Assembly (NCBI GenBank): GCA_964645835.1
Contig: CAZYDG010000072.1
Coordinates: 6,582 to 70,581 of the forward strand
Length of the DNA stretch: 64,000 nt
Reading direction: 5' to 3'
Origin: an uncultured Syntrophaceae bacterium
GTDB lineage: Bacteria > Desulfobacterota > Syntrophia > Syntrophales > UBA8958
Part shown: piece by piece, positions 35,500 to 45,194 of the stretch
Position numbering within the stretch: the stretch's first letter is position 1
Layout: every line of letters begins with the position of its first letter
The notes under the pieces: model-generated
What the model was told of the DNA's origin: nothing
The model's input: only the letters and a program-made list of their open reading frames with translations
Database searches by the model: none
Program-made: the position numbers and the translations under genes

Positions 35500-36324
35500 T
35501 CACCGCATCATAATGCACTGCATATTGAGGTTATTCGCAATAACATTCTGCGTCATGTGATGGCGAAATATATTTGTCGGCTTTCGGCATTCTGCCTTAT
35601 CGTCCCGGTAGATGATACCGATAGGAATTCTGTCACCCCATACATCGGCCATTTTTAAAGCCTCGTACCGATCTTTCAGGGGCGCTGCCAGCTTGAAAAC
35701 CCTTTCCTGATACCACTGATAAGTATTGATCTTATTAAAGCTTACACAAGGCTGTAGAATATCCACCAGAGCCGTCCCTTGAAAGAGGATTGCGTCTTTT
35801 AGAAGTCCCTTCAGATGATCTGGATCGCCCGCAAAACCGCGGCCGACAAAGGGCGCCCCACCAGCAATGGCCAGAGACAGGGGATTCAGCGGGATATTTT
35901 CGTTACCTTGAGGATCGAGGGCATTTTGGATGCCCAAGTCCGTGGTAGGGGAACTTTGTCCTTTTGTCAGCGCGTACACTCGGTTATCCGATGTCAGTAT
36001 GGTCAAATCCAACCTTTTGCGGAGAGTGTGGATAAAATGATTGCCTCCTTCCCCATAAAGGCAACCATCTCCGGAATAGGCGATGACGGTCAAATCGGGA
36101 CGAGCCAGTTTAATCCCTACCGCCAAAGGCAATGATCGGCCATGGAGGCCATTGAAATAATTCACTTCCAGATAGTGAGGCATTTTGGCGGCCTGTCCGA
36201 TGCCTGACGTAAAAACGATGTTTTTCCGGGGTATGGGAAGTTCCTGAAGAACGTCTTCTAAAACATTCCGAATACCAAAATTCCCACAGCCTGGACACCA
36301 GGCGATATCAGTTCTCTGGACCAT
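35500..36324 (-). CDS. korB: 2-oxoacid:ferredoxin oxidoreductase, beta (TPP-binding) subunit
   Basis: Motifs are WCPGCGNFGI and GDGCLYGEGGNHFIH. Confidence 0.85.
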   Translation of the reverse strand: MVQRTDIAWCPGCGNFGIRNVLEDVLQELPIPRKNIVFTSGIGQAAKMPHYLEVNYFNGLHGRSLPLAVGIKLARPDLTVIAYSGDGCLYGEGGNHFIHTLRKRLDLTILTSDNRVYALTKGQSSPTTDLGIQNALDPQGNENIPLNPLSLAIAGGAPFVGRGFAGDPDHLKGLLKDAILFQGTALVDILQPCVSFNKINTYQWYQERVFKLAAPLKDRYEALKMADVWGDRIPIGIIYRDDKAECRKPTNIFRHHMTQNVIANNLNMQCIMMR

Positions 36325-36336
36325 GGTTTCGATGCC

Positions 36337-37962
36337 TCAGGATAATAGTTTCTTAAAACGTCTTTGGAGTTCCGAAACGGTGAAACATTCTCCACTATAC
36401 TTCAATACGGAGTGTGTTACATTCAAGCCAAACTCACGCTTCAGCAGGCCCGCAAACTGTCCGCCAGCGTTATTTTCCACACATATAATCATTTTGGACT
36501 CCAGTCCGTAAGGGGCAATCATCTCTCTTACCAGCGGATAGACTTGCCCAAAATGGAGTGCGGATAAATGGATTTCTTCATCTGACAGCTTATGAATGGC
36601 TTCTTCCACAATCAATCGGTTTGACCCCCAAGATAAAACAATCGTGTCGGCATTGGGTTTACCGCTAAAAGTCGGCATCACGGCTTCGTTCTTCAACAGA
36701 AGCATTTTCCCCCGGCGCTTGTCCACCATCCGGACCCGCAGTTCCAAATCTTCCGTAATTTTACCATCCTCATCATGTTCATCGGAGTCAACCCTGACCA
36801 AAGCCTCGGAAAGACCGGGATAAGTCAGGGGGGAAATACCCGTTTCTGTCAGCGCATATCTTCGATATGGCAGATCATGAAGACTATATTTCCGGGCAAG
36901 AACTTCCAGTGGAATATTATCCTCTAGAACTTGCATGGAATCGGCAAAATACTGATCCGTCAAAATAAAGACGGGGATCTGGTACTGATCGGCCAGATCG
37001 AAACTCTTCCTGGTCAGCGTGATGGCTTCTTCTATGGTCCTGGGAGCAAAGATGATTCGGGGAAATTCGCCATGGCCGCTGTGGAGAACAAAATTGAGAT
37101 CCCCCTGCTCGGTCCGTGTCGGAAGACCGGTGGCCGGTCCGGGACGTTGACCGACAACGATGACAACCGGTGTTTCCGTCATACCGACCAGCGATACCCC
37201 TTCCTGCATAAGTGCAAAACCGCCTCCGGACGTTGCAACCATTGAACGGAGCCCGCCATATGATGCGCCAATGACCATATTAATAGCGGAGATTTCATCC
37301 TCGGCCTGCTCAAAATGGGCAGGCGCGGATACAGCCGCTGTAGCGAAATAATACATAATCGATGTAGAAGGGGTCATCGGATACCCTGCCATGAACTGGC
37401 ATCCCCCCAGAAAAGCGCCAATAGCCACGGCCTTGTTGCCGTCGAAAGAACATTGATTTCCTGCCCGGGCCGGCACGGGATAAACACCCGACAGACCATG
37501 CTGAGAGGCAAGTTTGAAACCATGCATCACATATTCCATATGTTTTGCGTCCAGTACATCTGATAGGTTTTCAGCCTCTGTTCCGATCACGGATAGAATC
37601 ATTCCAACCAGGATAGTGTTAGCGACTGTAACATCATGGAATATCTCACGCGACTCATGACCGATCTCCTCCGTAAACGTTTTGGATAAATAGATTCCTT
37701 TTTCGCGAAGTTTGGGTTGATGACGTCTCTCGGTTTCTTCGTCAAGGGCGACAACCATATCCCAAAGCCCCCCGTTCAAGGCATGAACAGGATGATCGGC
37801 AATGCGGAACATATGAAAATTGTGGCCGCCGCGTACACGGGACATATAGTTCTTCGTGGCAAAGAAATAGTAGTGAAGACGGACCAGGATATCCGCCAAT
37901 GCTACCTCAACAGAAAAAGCGCCCTGTCCCGCCTCTCCACCGATGATGAGATTGAATTCCAT
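36337..37962 (-). CDS. korA: 2-oxoacid:ferredoxin oxidoreductase, fused gamma-alpha subunit
   Basis: The N-terminal gamma-like segment is IGGEAGQGAF. The alpha-subunit body follows (AGYPMTPST, GGLRSMVATSGGGFALM). The start is placed at MEFNLII. Confidence 0.85.
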   Translation of the reverse strand: MEFNLIIGGEAGQGAFSVEVALADILVRLHYYFFATKNYMSRVRGGHNFHMFRIADHPVHALNGGLWDMVVALDEETERRHQPKLREKGIYLSKTFTEEIGHESREIFHDVTVANTILVGMILSVIGTEAENLSDVLDAKHMEYVMHGFKLASQHGLSGVYPVPARAGNQCSFDGNKAVAIGAFLGGCQFMAGYPMTPSTSIMYYFATAAVSAPAHFEQAEDEISAINMVIGASYGGLRSMVATSGGGFALMQEGVSLVGMTETPVVIVVGQRPGPATGLPTRTEQGDLNFVLHSGHGEFPRIIFAPRTIEEAITLTRKSFDLADQYQIPVFILTDQYFADSMQVLEDNIPLEVLARKYSLHDLPYRRYALTETGISPLTYPGLSEALVRVDSDEHDEDGKITEDLELRVRMVDKRRGKMLLLKNEAVMPTFSGKPNADTIVLSWGSNRLIVEEAIHKLSDEEIHLSALHFGQVYPLVREMIAPYGLESKMIICVENNAGGQFAGLLKREFGLNVTHSVLKYSGECFTVSELQRRFKKLLS

Positions 37963-38023
37963 AGACTTGCCCTCTGAATGGATATTCCGGAATTTCACAT
38001 CTTGCAGTCCATATCACAGTTTT

Positions 38024-38515
38024 TCATGTTGTCTTAGAATGATACCCGATCAGACGTTGGGTATCTGATGCCGTCAACCGTCCAATAGGTCCCGTGCTGT
38101 AGACAGCATTCATGACGATCCCGTCCGGTTGCAGGATGAAACCGGTGGCGTGGATAAAACCTTTTTTTTCATGGAAGAACGCCCCGCTCATCTTGCAGAA
38201 TTCAACTCCATTAAGCCCATAGGCAATGGGAAAAGCCAAGCCGTTCTTTTCAACCATTTTGCGAGCATCATCGATTGTATCAGTGGACACACCGATAATC
38301 TTGATGTGTTGCCCATGAAACGTCTCAATGCGGGACTGGAAATCAGCCAACTGCTGATGACAGAATGGTCAAAAGATACCGCGATACACAAGCAGCACAG
38401 TCCATTGCCCTGCTGTCATTTCCGGCAATACAACCTTACTATTATCTAAAAGCTGCAATTCCAATCGCGGGAAAATATCACCGTTATCGAGTTTCTTTCC
38501 ATCATACTGGGCCAT
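38024..38515 (-). CDS. peroxiredoxin-like (AhpC/TSA family) selenoprotein, U-x-x-C motif
   Basis: ATG 38515 has GGAGG upstream. The frame is continuous with track ORF 38024..38350 through TGA at 38369-38371 (codon 49). The product reads ...WTVLLVYRGIF-U-PFCHQQLADFQSRIE..IIGVSTD, where the family normally has W/F-C-P-x-C. Confidence 0.8.
38342..38358 (-). promoter_or_regulatory. putative SECIS hairpin of the Prx-like gene
   Basis: ATCAGC-AGUUG-GCUGAU forms a perfect 6-bp stem starting 10 nt after the UGA. The loop contains G and U. Confidence 0.55.
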
Positions 38516-38611
38516 GGTTAACCTCCTCTAATCCTTATTTAATCCATCTATTCCACCAGTTAAATTAAGATCCCATCTGTCTGATTTGATCATCATAAAT
38601 ATATAGTTGTT

Positions 38612-41600
38612 TTACCCTCTCTCCCGTATTTTATTTTCCCCATGCAGGTAGTCGATCATCGGCTGCGTGACCAGCGGTACAAGATCATCGATCATATGGG
38701 GCATCAGCGAATCCATCACCTTCGGCATCAGTGAGGGCATCTGGGCCAGCATATAATCGGGCATCGGAATTTGTTCCGCAACACGCTTGAGCATTACGGG
38801 CAATACCTTCGGCATCATCATGGGCAACAGAACGGGAAACAGGACAGGGAACATCGGTTTCATCAGATTCAGCGCACCGGGGACTTTGCCCATGGCACGC
38901 ATCATCGGCCCCATTCCGAAGGGCATGGCATCAATCAGTTCCGGCCACATCTTTCCCATTAGAAAGGCAAAACCTTCAGGGGTCATCAGGCAGATAAAGG
39001 CATCAAAAACACCCCACTGGCTCTGCACGGCGGAATTGGGATCAGGGAATTCATATCCCAACGCGTTTCCGGCAAAATGAGCCAGATCGACGATTTCGAG
39101 GGGGATATTCATTTTTTTTGCCGTAATGCGCAACTGCACCTCGCAACAGGGACAAAGAGCCAGCACCTTCTGCGCTCCGTTTTCCACCGCATCGTCAAGC
39201 CTTATTTTACCGATGTCCGCGGCAACCTGCGGTTCTTTGATCAACGTCAGGACACTGCCGCAGCAGTGACCGTTTTCCCGATTATGCGCCATTTCCACAA
39301 ATTTAACATTCGGGATCGCTTTGATTAAATCACGCGGCGCTTCATAGACACCGGAGGCACGACCGATGTGGCAGGAGTCATGCCAGGTTACGGTTACCGG
39401 TTCCATTTTACCCTGTGGAAAACCAAACTCACCGGATTTGATCTTTTCAGCCAGGACTTCCGAATAATGCTTTACCCGGAAGTTGAAATCCAAGCCTTCC
39501 TTCTTCGCCCACACCGGATAAACATTGCGCCACATCATATCGCAAGCCGGGCATGACGCGACAATTGTATCGGCGCCGCAACTACGGGCTACCTCTACAT
39601 TTTTCCTCATGGTTTCTGCAAAGAGCTCCCATTTGCCCGCCACAAGCATCGGTGTTCCGCAACAGTTTTCCGGATTGCCGGCATAAACAAAATCCACACC
39701 GGCCTTATCCAGCAGGCGTACTGTGGCCAGAGCAATATCGTGTTCAACATAGCTTGCAGTGCAGCCCGCAAAATACATGATGGATGCCTTACTGCCCGGA
39801 CCGTGTTTTTCCTTCAAATCCTCGGGAAACCAGTCCGATCGGTTCTTCCGGTAGCCTGCCCAGATATTGCCCTGAGATCGCAATGCTTCCGCCATCATTT
39901 CAAAAGGCGGGAAAGTCATGCGCTTCTGTTCCTCAATGAGCATGCCCCGGAGCTTCATCCATGCGGGCTCTATCGGCAGTGATGCCGAACAGCGAAGATT
40001 GCACAGCTCACAGGTGGTACAGACCAAAAACGTATCGATCTGTGCCTGATTCCACTCGGCACGCCCCTCCATATATTCACGCAGCCAATACCATTTACCT
40101 CGCGGGCTCTGGCTTTCCCAACCGCGTCCATAGAACTGGTCGCATTCTTCCACACAATATCCGCACTGCGAACAGCTGTAGGCATACCACGCCACATCCG
40201 GAGGAATATCACGACGCCGGTAACTTGGCCGCTGTTCACCGATCTGGGTAATGACATCATTGCCCAGCGGCCTTATGAACGGTTCCATTGCTTCGCCGAC
40301 ACTCATAACCGCATCAAGAAGGCCATACCCGATGACTTTACCGGGATTGAATGTCCTTTTTTCATTAATCTTGCTTTTAAATGCCTTAAGCCTGGCTACC
40401 CGTTCCGGTCCGAGCACCTTTTCCGCCTTATTCTTGAAATACAGGCCTGTCGCATAAGCCCGCCCGCCGTTTCGTTCTGCAATATTCATGATGGACAGGG
40501 ATAGACTGAAGACAAAATTATATTTGAATTGACGCTGGTCTGCCGGAATAAATCCGAGGATGACAACTTCCGGAAGGCCGTCTTTACCTTTGCAGATAAC
40601 CGTCCCCTCTTTAACCACGGGCTGATCAATCTTTTCTTCCACTTCCTCCATGAAACTCCCTAACCGGGCAAGTGGCACAACAACCTCCGCCGGGACGAGA
40701 CTGGGGCCAAGGCGTTTCACGACCGTCAGTTTGAAGCGGTTTTTCCATTCATGTCCGGCAATTCGCTCGCTTAAGATTTCGCCCTGACTGCCCTGCAATA
40801 TTGAAGGCAGCGCAGCCATTACCTGGGGGAGGTCCTTTTTGCGGATAGCAAGGGTCGCAACATAAGATGCAGGTAAGAGAACCCGTTCCTCAACCGTATG
40901 GCCGTTGTGCTCCCGAAGCGGTGACCGATTCTTCAACTCCGCCATTCGCGGATTGATAAAGACAAAAGACCAAAGCGGCAAATCGGCTTTGATGATATCT
41001 TCGACGATTTTCTGGAGGTTACGTGCTGTAGGACATCCGACGGCGATAATCTCCAGTTCTTCCCTGGGCTGGACCTTCATCGTCAGGTCAATTATGAACC
41101 CCGTTGTCCCCTCGGCATCGGCAATCAAATCCAGATCATCTACGGTAAAAATACGGATCGTGCCATCGGGCAGAAGCACCCTGGCGGAAACAACATTCTC
41201 TCGGAACCAGCCACACTCGTAGGAACCAAACCCGGCGCCACCCTGCGCCAGCCAGCCTCCTACCGTTGAACCGGGATAGCTGGAGGGATAAATTTTCACC
41301 GTAAGGTCGTGTTTGCCCAATGCCGCATCAATTTTTTCCCACACGATACCTGCCTGACAGGTGGCGGTCAATGCACTCTTGTCAATGGCAATCACTTGAT
41401 TGAGGCGCAAAAAATCAACAACAATACCTTTCTTAACAGGCATCACCCCGCCATAGCCGGACGAAGCCTTCGCTCGCGGCGTTAAGGCAATACCATTCTT
41501 ATCGGCCCACGTTACAAGGTCAATCAGCTCTTCTTCACTCTGTGGCTGCACAATGGCATCGGGCAATGTATCGCCGATTAACGGTTTTATTAATGAAGGG

Positions 41601-41701
41601 ATGGCACCGACATCATGGCTGTAAAGACGGCGTTCCATTTTATCGAAATTAACACGCCTTTCAAATTTTTCCAAAAGGTAAGCTTGATGATGCTTATCCA
41701 T
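38612..41701 (-). CDS. FAD-linked oxidase (GlcD/Dld-like) fused to an Fe-S/CCG-domain (GlpC/HdrD-like) oxidoreductase, with a Met/Pro-rich C-terminal tail
   Basis: The product is 1029 aa. The N-terminal FAD_binding_4-like part reads ALTPRAKASSGYGG. The middle has CSQCGYCVEEC and CTTCELCNLRC ferredoxin-type motifs. Two CCG motifs follow (NCCGTP, HCCGSV). The tail is described in the findings. Confidence 0.8.
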   Translation of the reverse strand: MDKHHQAYLLEKFERRVNFDKMERRLYSHDVGAIPSLIKPLIGDTLPDAIVQPQSEEELIDLVTWADKNGIALTPRAKASSGYGGVMPVKKGIVVDFLRLNQVIAIDKSALTATCQAGIVWEKIDAALGKHDLTVKIYPSSYPGSTVGGWLAQGGAGFGSYECGWFRENVVSARVLLPDGTIRIFTVDDLDLIADAEGTTGFIIDLTMKVQPREELEIIAVGCPTARNLQKIVEDIIKADLPLWSFVFINPRMAELKNRSPLREHNGHTVEERVLLPASYVATLAIRKKDLPQVMAALPSILQGSQGEILSERIAGHEWKNRFKLTVVKRLGPSLVPAEVVVPLARLGSFMEEVEEKIDQPVVKEGTVICKGKDGLPEVVILGFIPADQRQFKYNFVFSLSLSIMNIAERNGGRAYATGLYFKNKAEKVLGPERVARLKAFKSKINEKRTFNPGKVIGYGLLDAVMSVGEAMEPFIRPLGNDVITQIGEQRPSYRRRDIPPDVAWYAYSCSQCGYCVEECDQFYGRGWESQSPRGKWYWLREYMEGRAEWNQAQIDTFLVCTTCELCNLRCSASLPIEPAWMKLRGMLIEEQKRMTFPPFEMMAEALRSQGNIWAGYRKNRSDWFPEDLKEKHGPGSKASIMYFAGCTASYVEHDIALATVRLLDKAGVDFVYAGNPENCCGTPMLVAGKWELFAETMRKNVEVARSCGADTIVASCPACDMMWRNVYPVWAKKEGLDFNFRVKHYSEVLAEKIKSGEFGFPQGKMEPVTVTWHDSCHIGRASGVYEAPRDLIKAIPNVKFVEMAHNRENGHCCGSVLTLIKEPQVAADIGKIRLDDAVENGAQKVLALCPCCEVQLRITAKKMNIPLEIVDLAHFAGNALGYEFPDPNSAVQSQWGVFDAFICLMTPEGFAFLMGKMWPELIDAMPFGMGPMMRAMGKVPGALNLMKPMFPVLFPVLLPMMMPKVLPVMLKRVAEQIPMPDYMLAQMPSLMPKVMDSLMPHMIDDLVPLVTQPMIDYLHGENKIRERG

Positions 41702-42010
41702 ATCTGCGCTCCCAGTTCACCCTATGTGAAGATCGAATACAACCCCTCATATGTTAAGAAGTTAAAATATACTAAGCAACCTTAATTGCTCTTGTACTTC
41801 TGGCGCTACAGGTATCGGGTTTTGGATTGATCCGAATGAGCCTGGCCATTAGAGGCACTGCTTACCCATTAATATGATCATCACGGACAGAAGCAAACGG
41901 TAATAATGGATGGTTTATACTATGGTTATCAGCTTTATTAACTACCATTGACTTTCCATCCTGTGTCAGCGAAATTTTTACATATTAAACCTGAAAGAGA
42001 GGATTCACCC

Positions 42011-42190
42011 ATGGATGCGGTAAAAAAGGACGATGTGTTTTGTTGCGCCGATTGCGGTCTGGAAGTCATTGTAAATAAAGCGTGTACTTGTATAAATCCG
42101 GAACTGACTTGTTGCGGTGGCCCAATGGTCCGGAAAGATTCTTCCTCTGATCAGGCAAAAGGCGGCACAGAAGGAAAAGCCACCAGGTAA
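42011..42190 (+). CDS. small desulforedoxin-like Cys-rich protein
   Basis: The 59-aa product MDAVKKDDVFCCADCGLEVIVNKACTCINPELTCCGGPMVRKD fits the desulforedoxin pattern (also seen in the desulfoferrodoxin N-terminal domain): aromatic-x-C-x-x-C-G-x-x-V......CCG-x-x-M. Confidence 0.5.
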   Translation: MDAVKKDDVFCCADCGLEVIVNKACTCINPELTCCGGPMVRKDSSSDQAKGGTEGKATR

Positions 42191-42193
42191 GCT

Positions 42194-42727
42194 ATGGCAA
42201 AAATCAATAATGGTCCGGTCTTCTCCATCGGGCACTCTACCACGCCGTTGGAGAAATTTATTGAAATTCTGGAGGTAAACGAGATTAAGCTGGTGGTGGA
42301 TGTTCGAACCATCCCGCGCTCCCGTCATAACCCCCAGTTTAACAAGGAGACCCTTCCCGGCGAGCTGGACAAAGCAGGAATTGATTACCGGCATTTCCCC
42401 GGCCTCGGCGGCCTCCACCATACAAAAAAAGATTCATTGAATACGGGATGGCGCAATGTCTCATTCCGGGGATTCGCCGATTACATGCAGACGAAAGAAT
42501 TTACTACAGCTCTTGATGAATTAATCGAATTATTTAAAGACAGGCGAATCGTCATCATGTGTGCTGAAGCGACCCCCTGGAGGTGCCACCGTTCACTTAT
42601 TGCAGACGCTTTGGAGGTAAGAGGTTTTCCGGTAGAGCACATCATCGGAACCAGCAAGCCCCATCAGCACAAACTCACATCATTTGCCGTGGTGGATGGA
42701 CTAAAGATTACGTATCCGGAAGAGTAG
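42194..42727 (+). CDS. DUF488-family protein
   Basis: Motifs are FSIGHSTTPLEKFIEIL..LVVDVRTIPRSRHNPQF and CAEATPWRCHRSLIADAL. Confidence 0.85.
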   Translation: MAKINNGPVFSIGHSTTPLEKFIEILEVNEIKLVVDVRTIPRSRHNPQFNKETLPGELDKAGIDYRHFPGLGGLHHTKKDSLNTGWRNVSFRGFADYMQTKEFTTALDELIELFKDRRIVIMCAEATPWRCHRSLIADALEVRGFPVEHIIGTSKPHQHKLTSFAVVDGLKITYPEE

Positions 42728-42728
42728 T

Positions 42729-45050
42729 TTGAGGGTCATGAAGCTGTCAAAATGGATCAGGCCCATCACTTCGGGAGAAGCGACGGATGAAAAGAAGATG
42801 GATTTGTCCGGGCACCGGATAGTCTTTCTCATCATTTTCTGGCTTCTCATCTCCCTGCTGCTGGGTATTCTCCTTTCCCAATACGTTTTCGTGAGCCTGC
42901 CCACTTACAAAGCAGGTGACATAGCTCGCATGGATATTGTCGTTCCGGAAGACGACCTTATCATCGATGAGAGAGCGACTGACGCCCTCCGGTCCGAAGC
43001 AATTGCAAGGGTTTTGCCCATATTCCGGTATGATGGAAGCATGCACAACCAAGCTGTCAAGCATCTGGCAGTACTCTTCTCCCAGGGAAGGGGGCTGATG
43101 GCAAGGCTTAAAACTGCCGGCGTAGGCTCGCACAAAAGACAACTACTGCAATACAGATTGCTGCCGGATGAAACCAAGACGCAGATCCAGGCAATGGTTG
43201 AGGCTGCAGGCATCAAGAAACCATCCGAAGAACTATTGAATTTTCTGGTAAGCGAAGAGTTTAATGCCGAAATGGAGAAGAAACTGTTGGCAGCTCTGCA
43301 GCAAGGTTTTTCACTTCCCATAATCGATGACACTATACCCCTGCACGGTAAGAACCGCCTGACGATGATTGACAAGTCGACACAGAGAGAAGGGGTGACT
43401 CTGTTCGACAGCATCTCCACACGCGAACAATCTCGTGGAGCGGCCTCGCAAATACTCATAAGAAATGAAAATGTCGCTGCACGTTATTCCGAAGAAAAAA
43501 AAATCGTCGAAGCGTTTCTGATGCCCGATCTGACATTCGACCTTCAGGAGACACAGGCACGGCAGGCAAAAGCTGCGGCCAATGTGAACCCCGTCCTTCG
43601 TAAATTAAAAAAAGGGCAAATAATCGTCCGGCACGGTGATGAAATCAATCGTGATGATCTGGTCCAGATCGATGCCCTGCGCAAATTTTCCCATAGAAGC
43701 ACATCGATCAGGAAAGTTGCCGGCACGAGTTTATTGATAGCCTCTTTCCTCCTTGTCAATGCTATCTTTCTTCGATTCTTCCATGCCGCCCAATGGGGTT
43801 TCTTCAAGCTGGCCCTACTCTTTGGCCTTATTATTACAGTCAATGTAATGCTCCTGAAAGTTTTCTGGTTTATAGGCGAATCGGTCAGCCAGAGATATGC
43901 GGGAACTGCGCTCAGTGATCAGGCTTTCTTTTTCTATGTCCTGCCGTATGCAGCGGGCACCATGAATATGACACTTCTTGCAGGAGAATCGAGCGCCCTG
44001 CTATTCCTGATCTTCTCCAGCCCACTTGCAGGCCAGGCCGTCGGCAGCGATTATTCCGGCCTTATTTACATCGTCATCACCGGACTCCTGGGCATATTAT
44101 CGATGAGAAACGTAACTGAACGACTGGGCATCATTGAAGCTGGTTTCAAGACCGGCCTGCCCGCTGCGGCTGTATTTATCATAATACAATTTGCAAAGCA
44201 GTCACCTCCGGATGCTCAGGGTTGGGCTCTGGGCTCATTTTTCGCTTTTCTGTCCGGCTCATTGAATGCAGGCATCCTGGCATTCACTCTTCCTCTGCTG
44301 GAGCGGTTGTTCACAGTAACGACGGAGATAAGGCTCTCCGAGCTCGGTAACGTTAATTTTCCTGTGGTGCAGCAACTTATTGTAAAAGCTCCCGGAACAT
44401 ACAACCACAGCATCATAGTTGGTACTCTCTGTGAAGGAGCAGCTGCCGTGTTGGGTCTAAGCCCCCTCTTCATGCGTGTTGCGGGCCTTTATCATGATAT
44501 AGGCAAGACAGTTCATCCCGAATATTTCATCGAGAACCAGAGGCAGGGCAATCCTCACGATCAGATTGATCCGCTGAAAAGCGCAGCCATTTTAAGGGAA
44601 CATGTGAAGGCGGGCATGCGGATCGCAAGTGAAGCCGGACTCCCCGAATCCATTGTTGAATTGATCCCGCAGCATCACGGTACGAAGCTGATGTACTATT
44701 TTTGGGAAAAGGCAAAGAAGAATGCTGCGCCGGGAGAAGAAATCGATGAAGAAAAATTTCGCCATTCCGGACCCAAACCGCAAAGTAAAGCGGCTGCGGT
44801 GCTGATGCTGGCTGATGGTGTTGAAGCTGCAGCCCGTACCCTGGACAATACTTCACAAGAGAATCTCCTTGCGGTTATTAAGGAAATCATATCGAGCACC
44901 GCCGAAGACGGTCAACTGGCGGAATGCGACATTACAATAGCGGAGATAGACAGGCTTACCTTCAGTTTCCTGGACACACTGTCCAATTACTACCACATCC
45001 GCGTTGCGTATCCGGGGTTTGATTTCAACAAACAGGAATCAGCCCCCTGA
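42729..45050 (+). CDS. 7TM-receptor HD-GYP-like/HDIG phosphohydrolase (PgpH-type)
   Basis: An extracellular N-domain is followed by seven hydrophobic segments. The HD domain reads YNHSIIVGTL..AGLYHDIGK..IPQHHGT. The start codon is uncertain (TTG 42729 or ATG 42738). Confidence 0.85.
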   Translation: MRVMKLSKWIRPITSGEATDEKKMDLSGHRIVFLIIFWLLISLLLGILLSQYVFVSLPTYKAGDIARMDIVVPEDDLIIDERATDALRSEAIARVLPIFRYDGSMHNQAVKHLAVLFSQGRGLMARLKTAGVGSHKRQLLQYRLLPDETKTQIQAMVEAAGIKKPSEELLNFLVSEEFNAEMEKKLLAALQQGFSLPIIDDTIPLHGKNRLTMIDKSTQREGVTLFDSISTREQSRGAASQILIRNENVAARYSEEKKIVEAFLMPDLTFDLQETQARQAKAAANVNPVLRKLKKGQIIVRHGDEINRDDLVQIDALRKFSHRSTSIRKVAGTSLLIASFLLVNAIFLRFFHAAQWGFFKLALLFGLIITVNVMLLKVFWFIGESVSQRYAGTALSDQAFFFYVLPYAAGTMNMTLLAGESSALLFLIFSSPLAGQAVGSDYSGLIYIVITGLLGILSMRNVTERLGIIEAGFKTGLPAAAVFIIIQFAKQSPPDAQGWALGSFFAFLSGSLNAGILAFTLPLLERLFTVTTEIRLSELGNVNFPVVQQLIVKAPGTYNHSIIVGTLCEGAAAVLGLSPLFMRVAGLYHDIGKTVHPEYFIENQRQGNPHDQIDPLKSAAILREHVKAGMRIASEAGLPESIVELIPQHHGTKLMYYFWEKAKKNAAPGEEIDEEKFRHSGPKPQSKAAAVLMLADGVEAAARTLDNTSQENLLAVIKEIISSTAEDGQLAECDITIAEIDRLTFSFLDTLSNYYHIRVAYPGFDFNKQESAP

Positions 45051-45194
45051 TAGCCGAACGGCGCTCAAGGCAGATCAAATATATCACAATTACAGATCAA
45101 TAATCATCGGTCATGGTTCCTGACTCTCCAATGGTCTTGTCGCAAGCATTTCTCCAACTTGGAATGGCATAAATCGAGCCGAAAAATAACCGTC

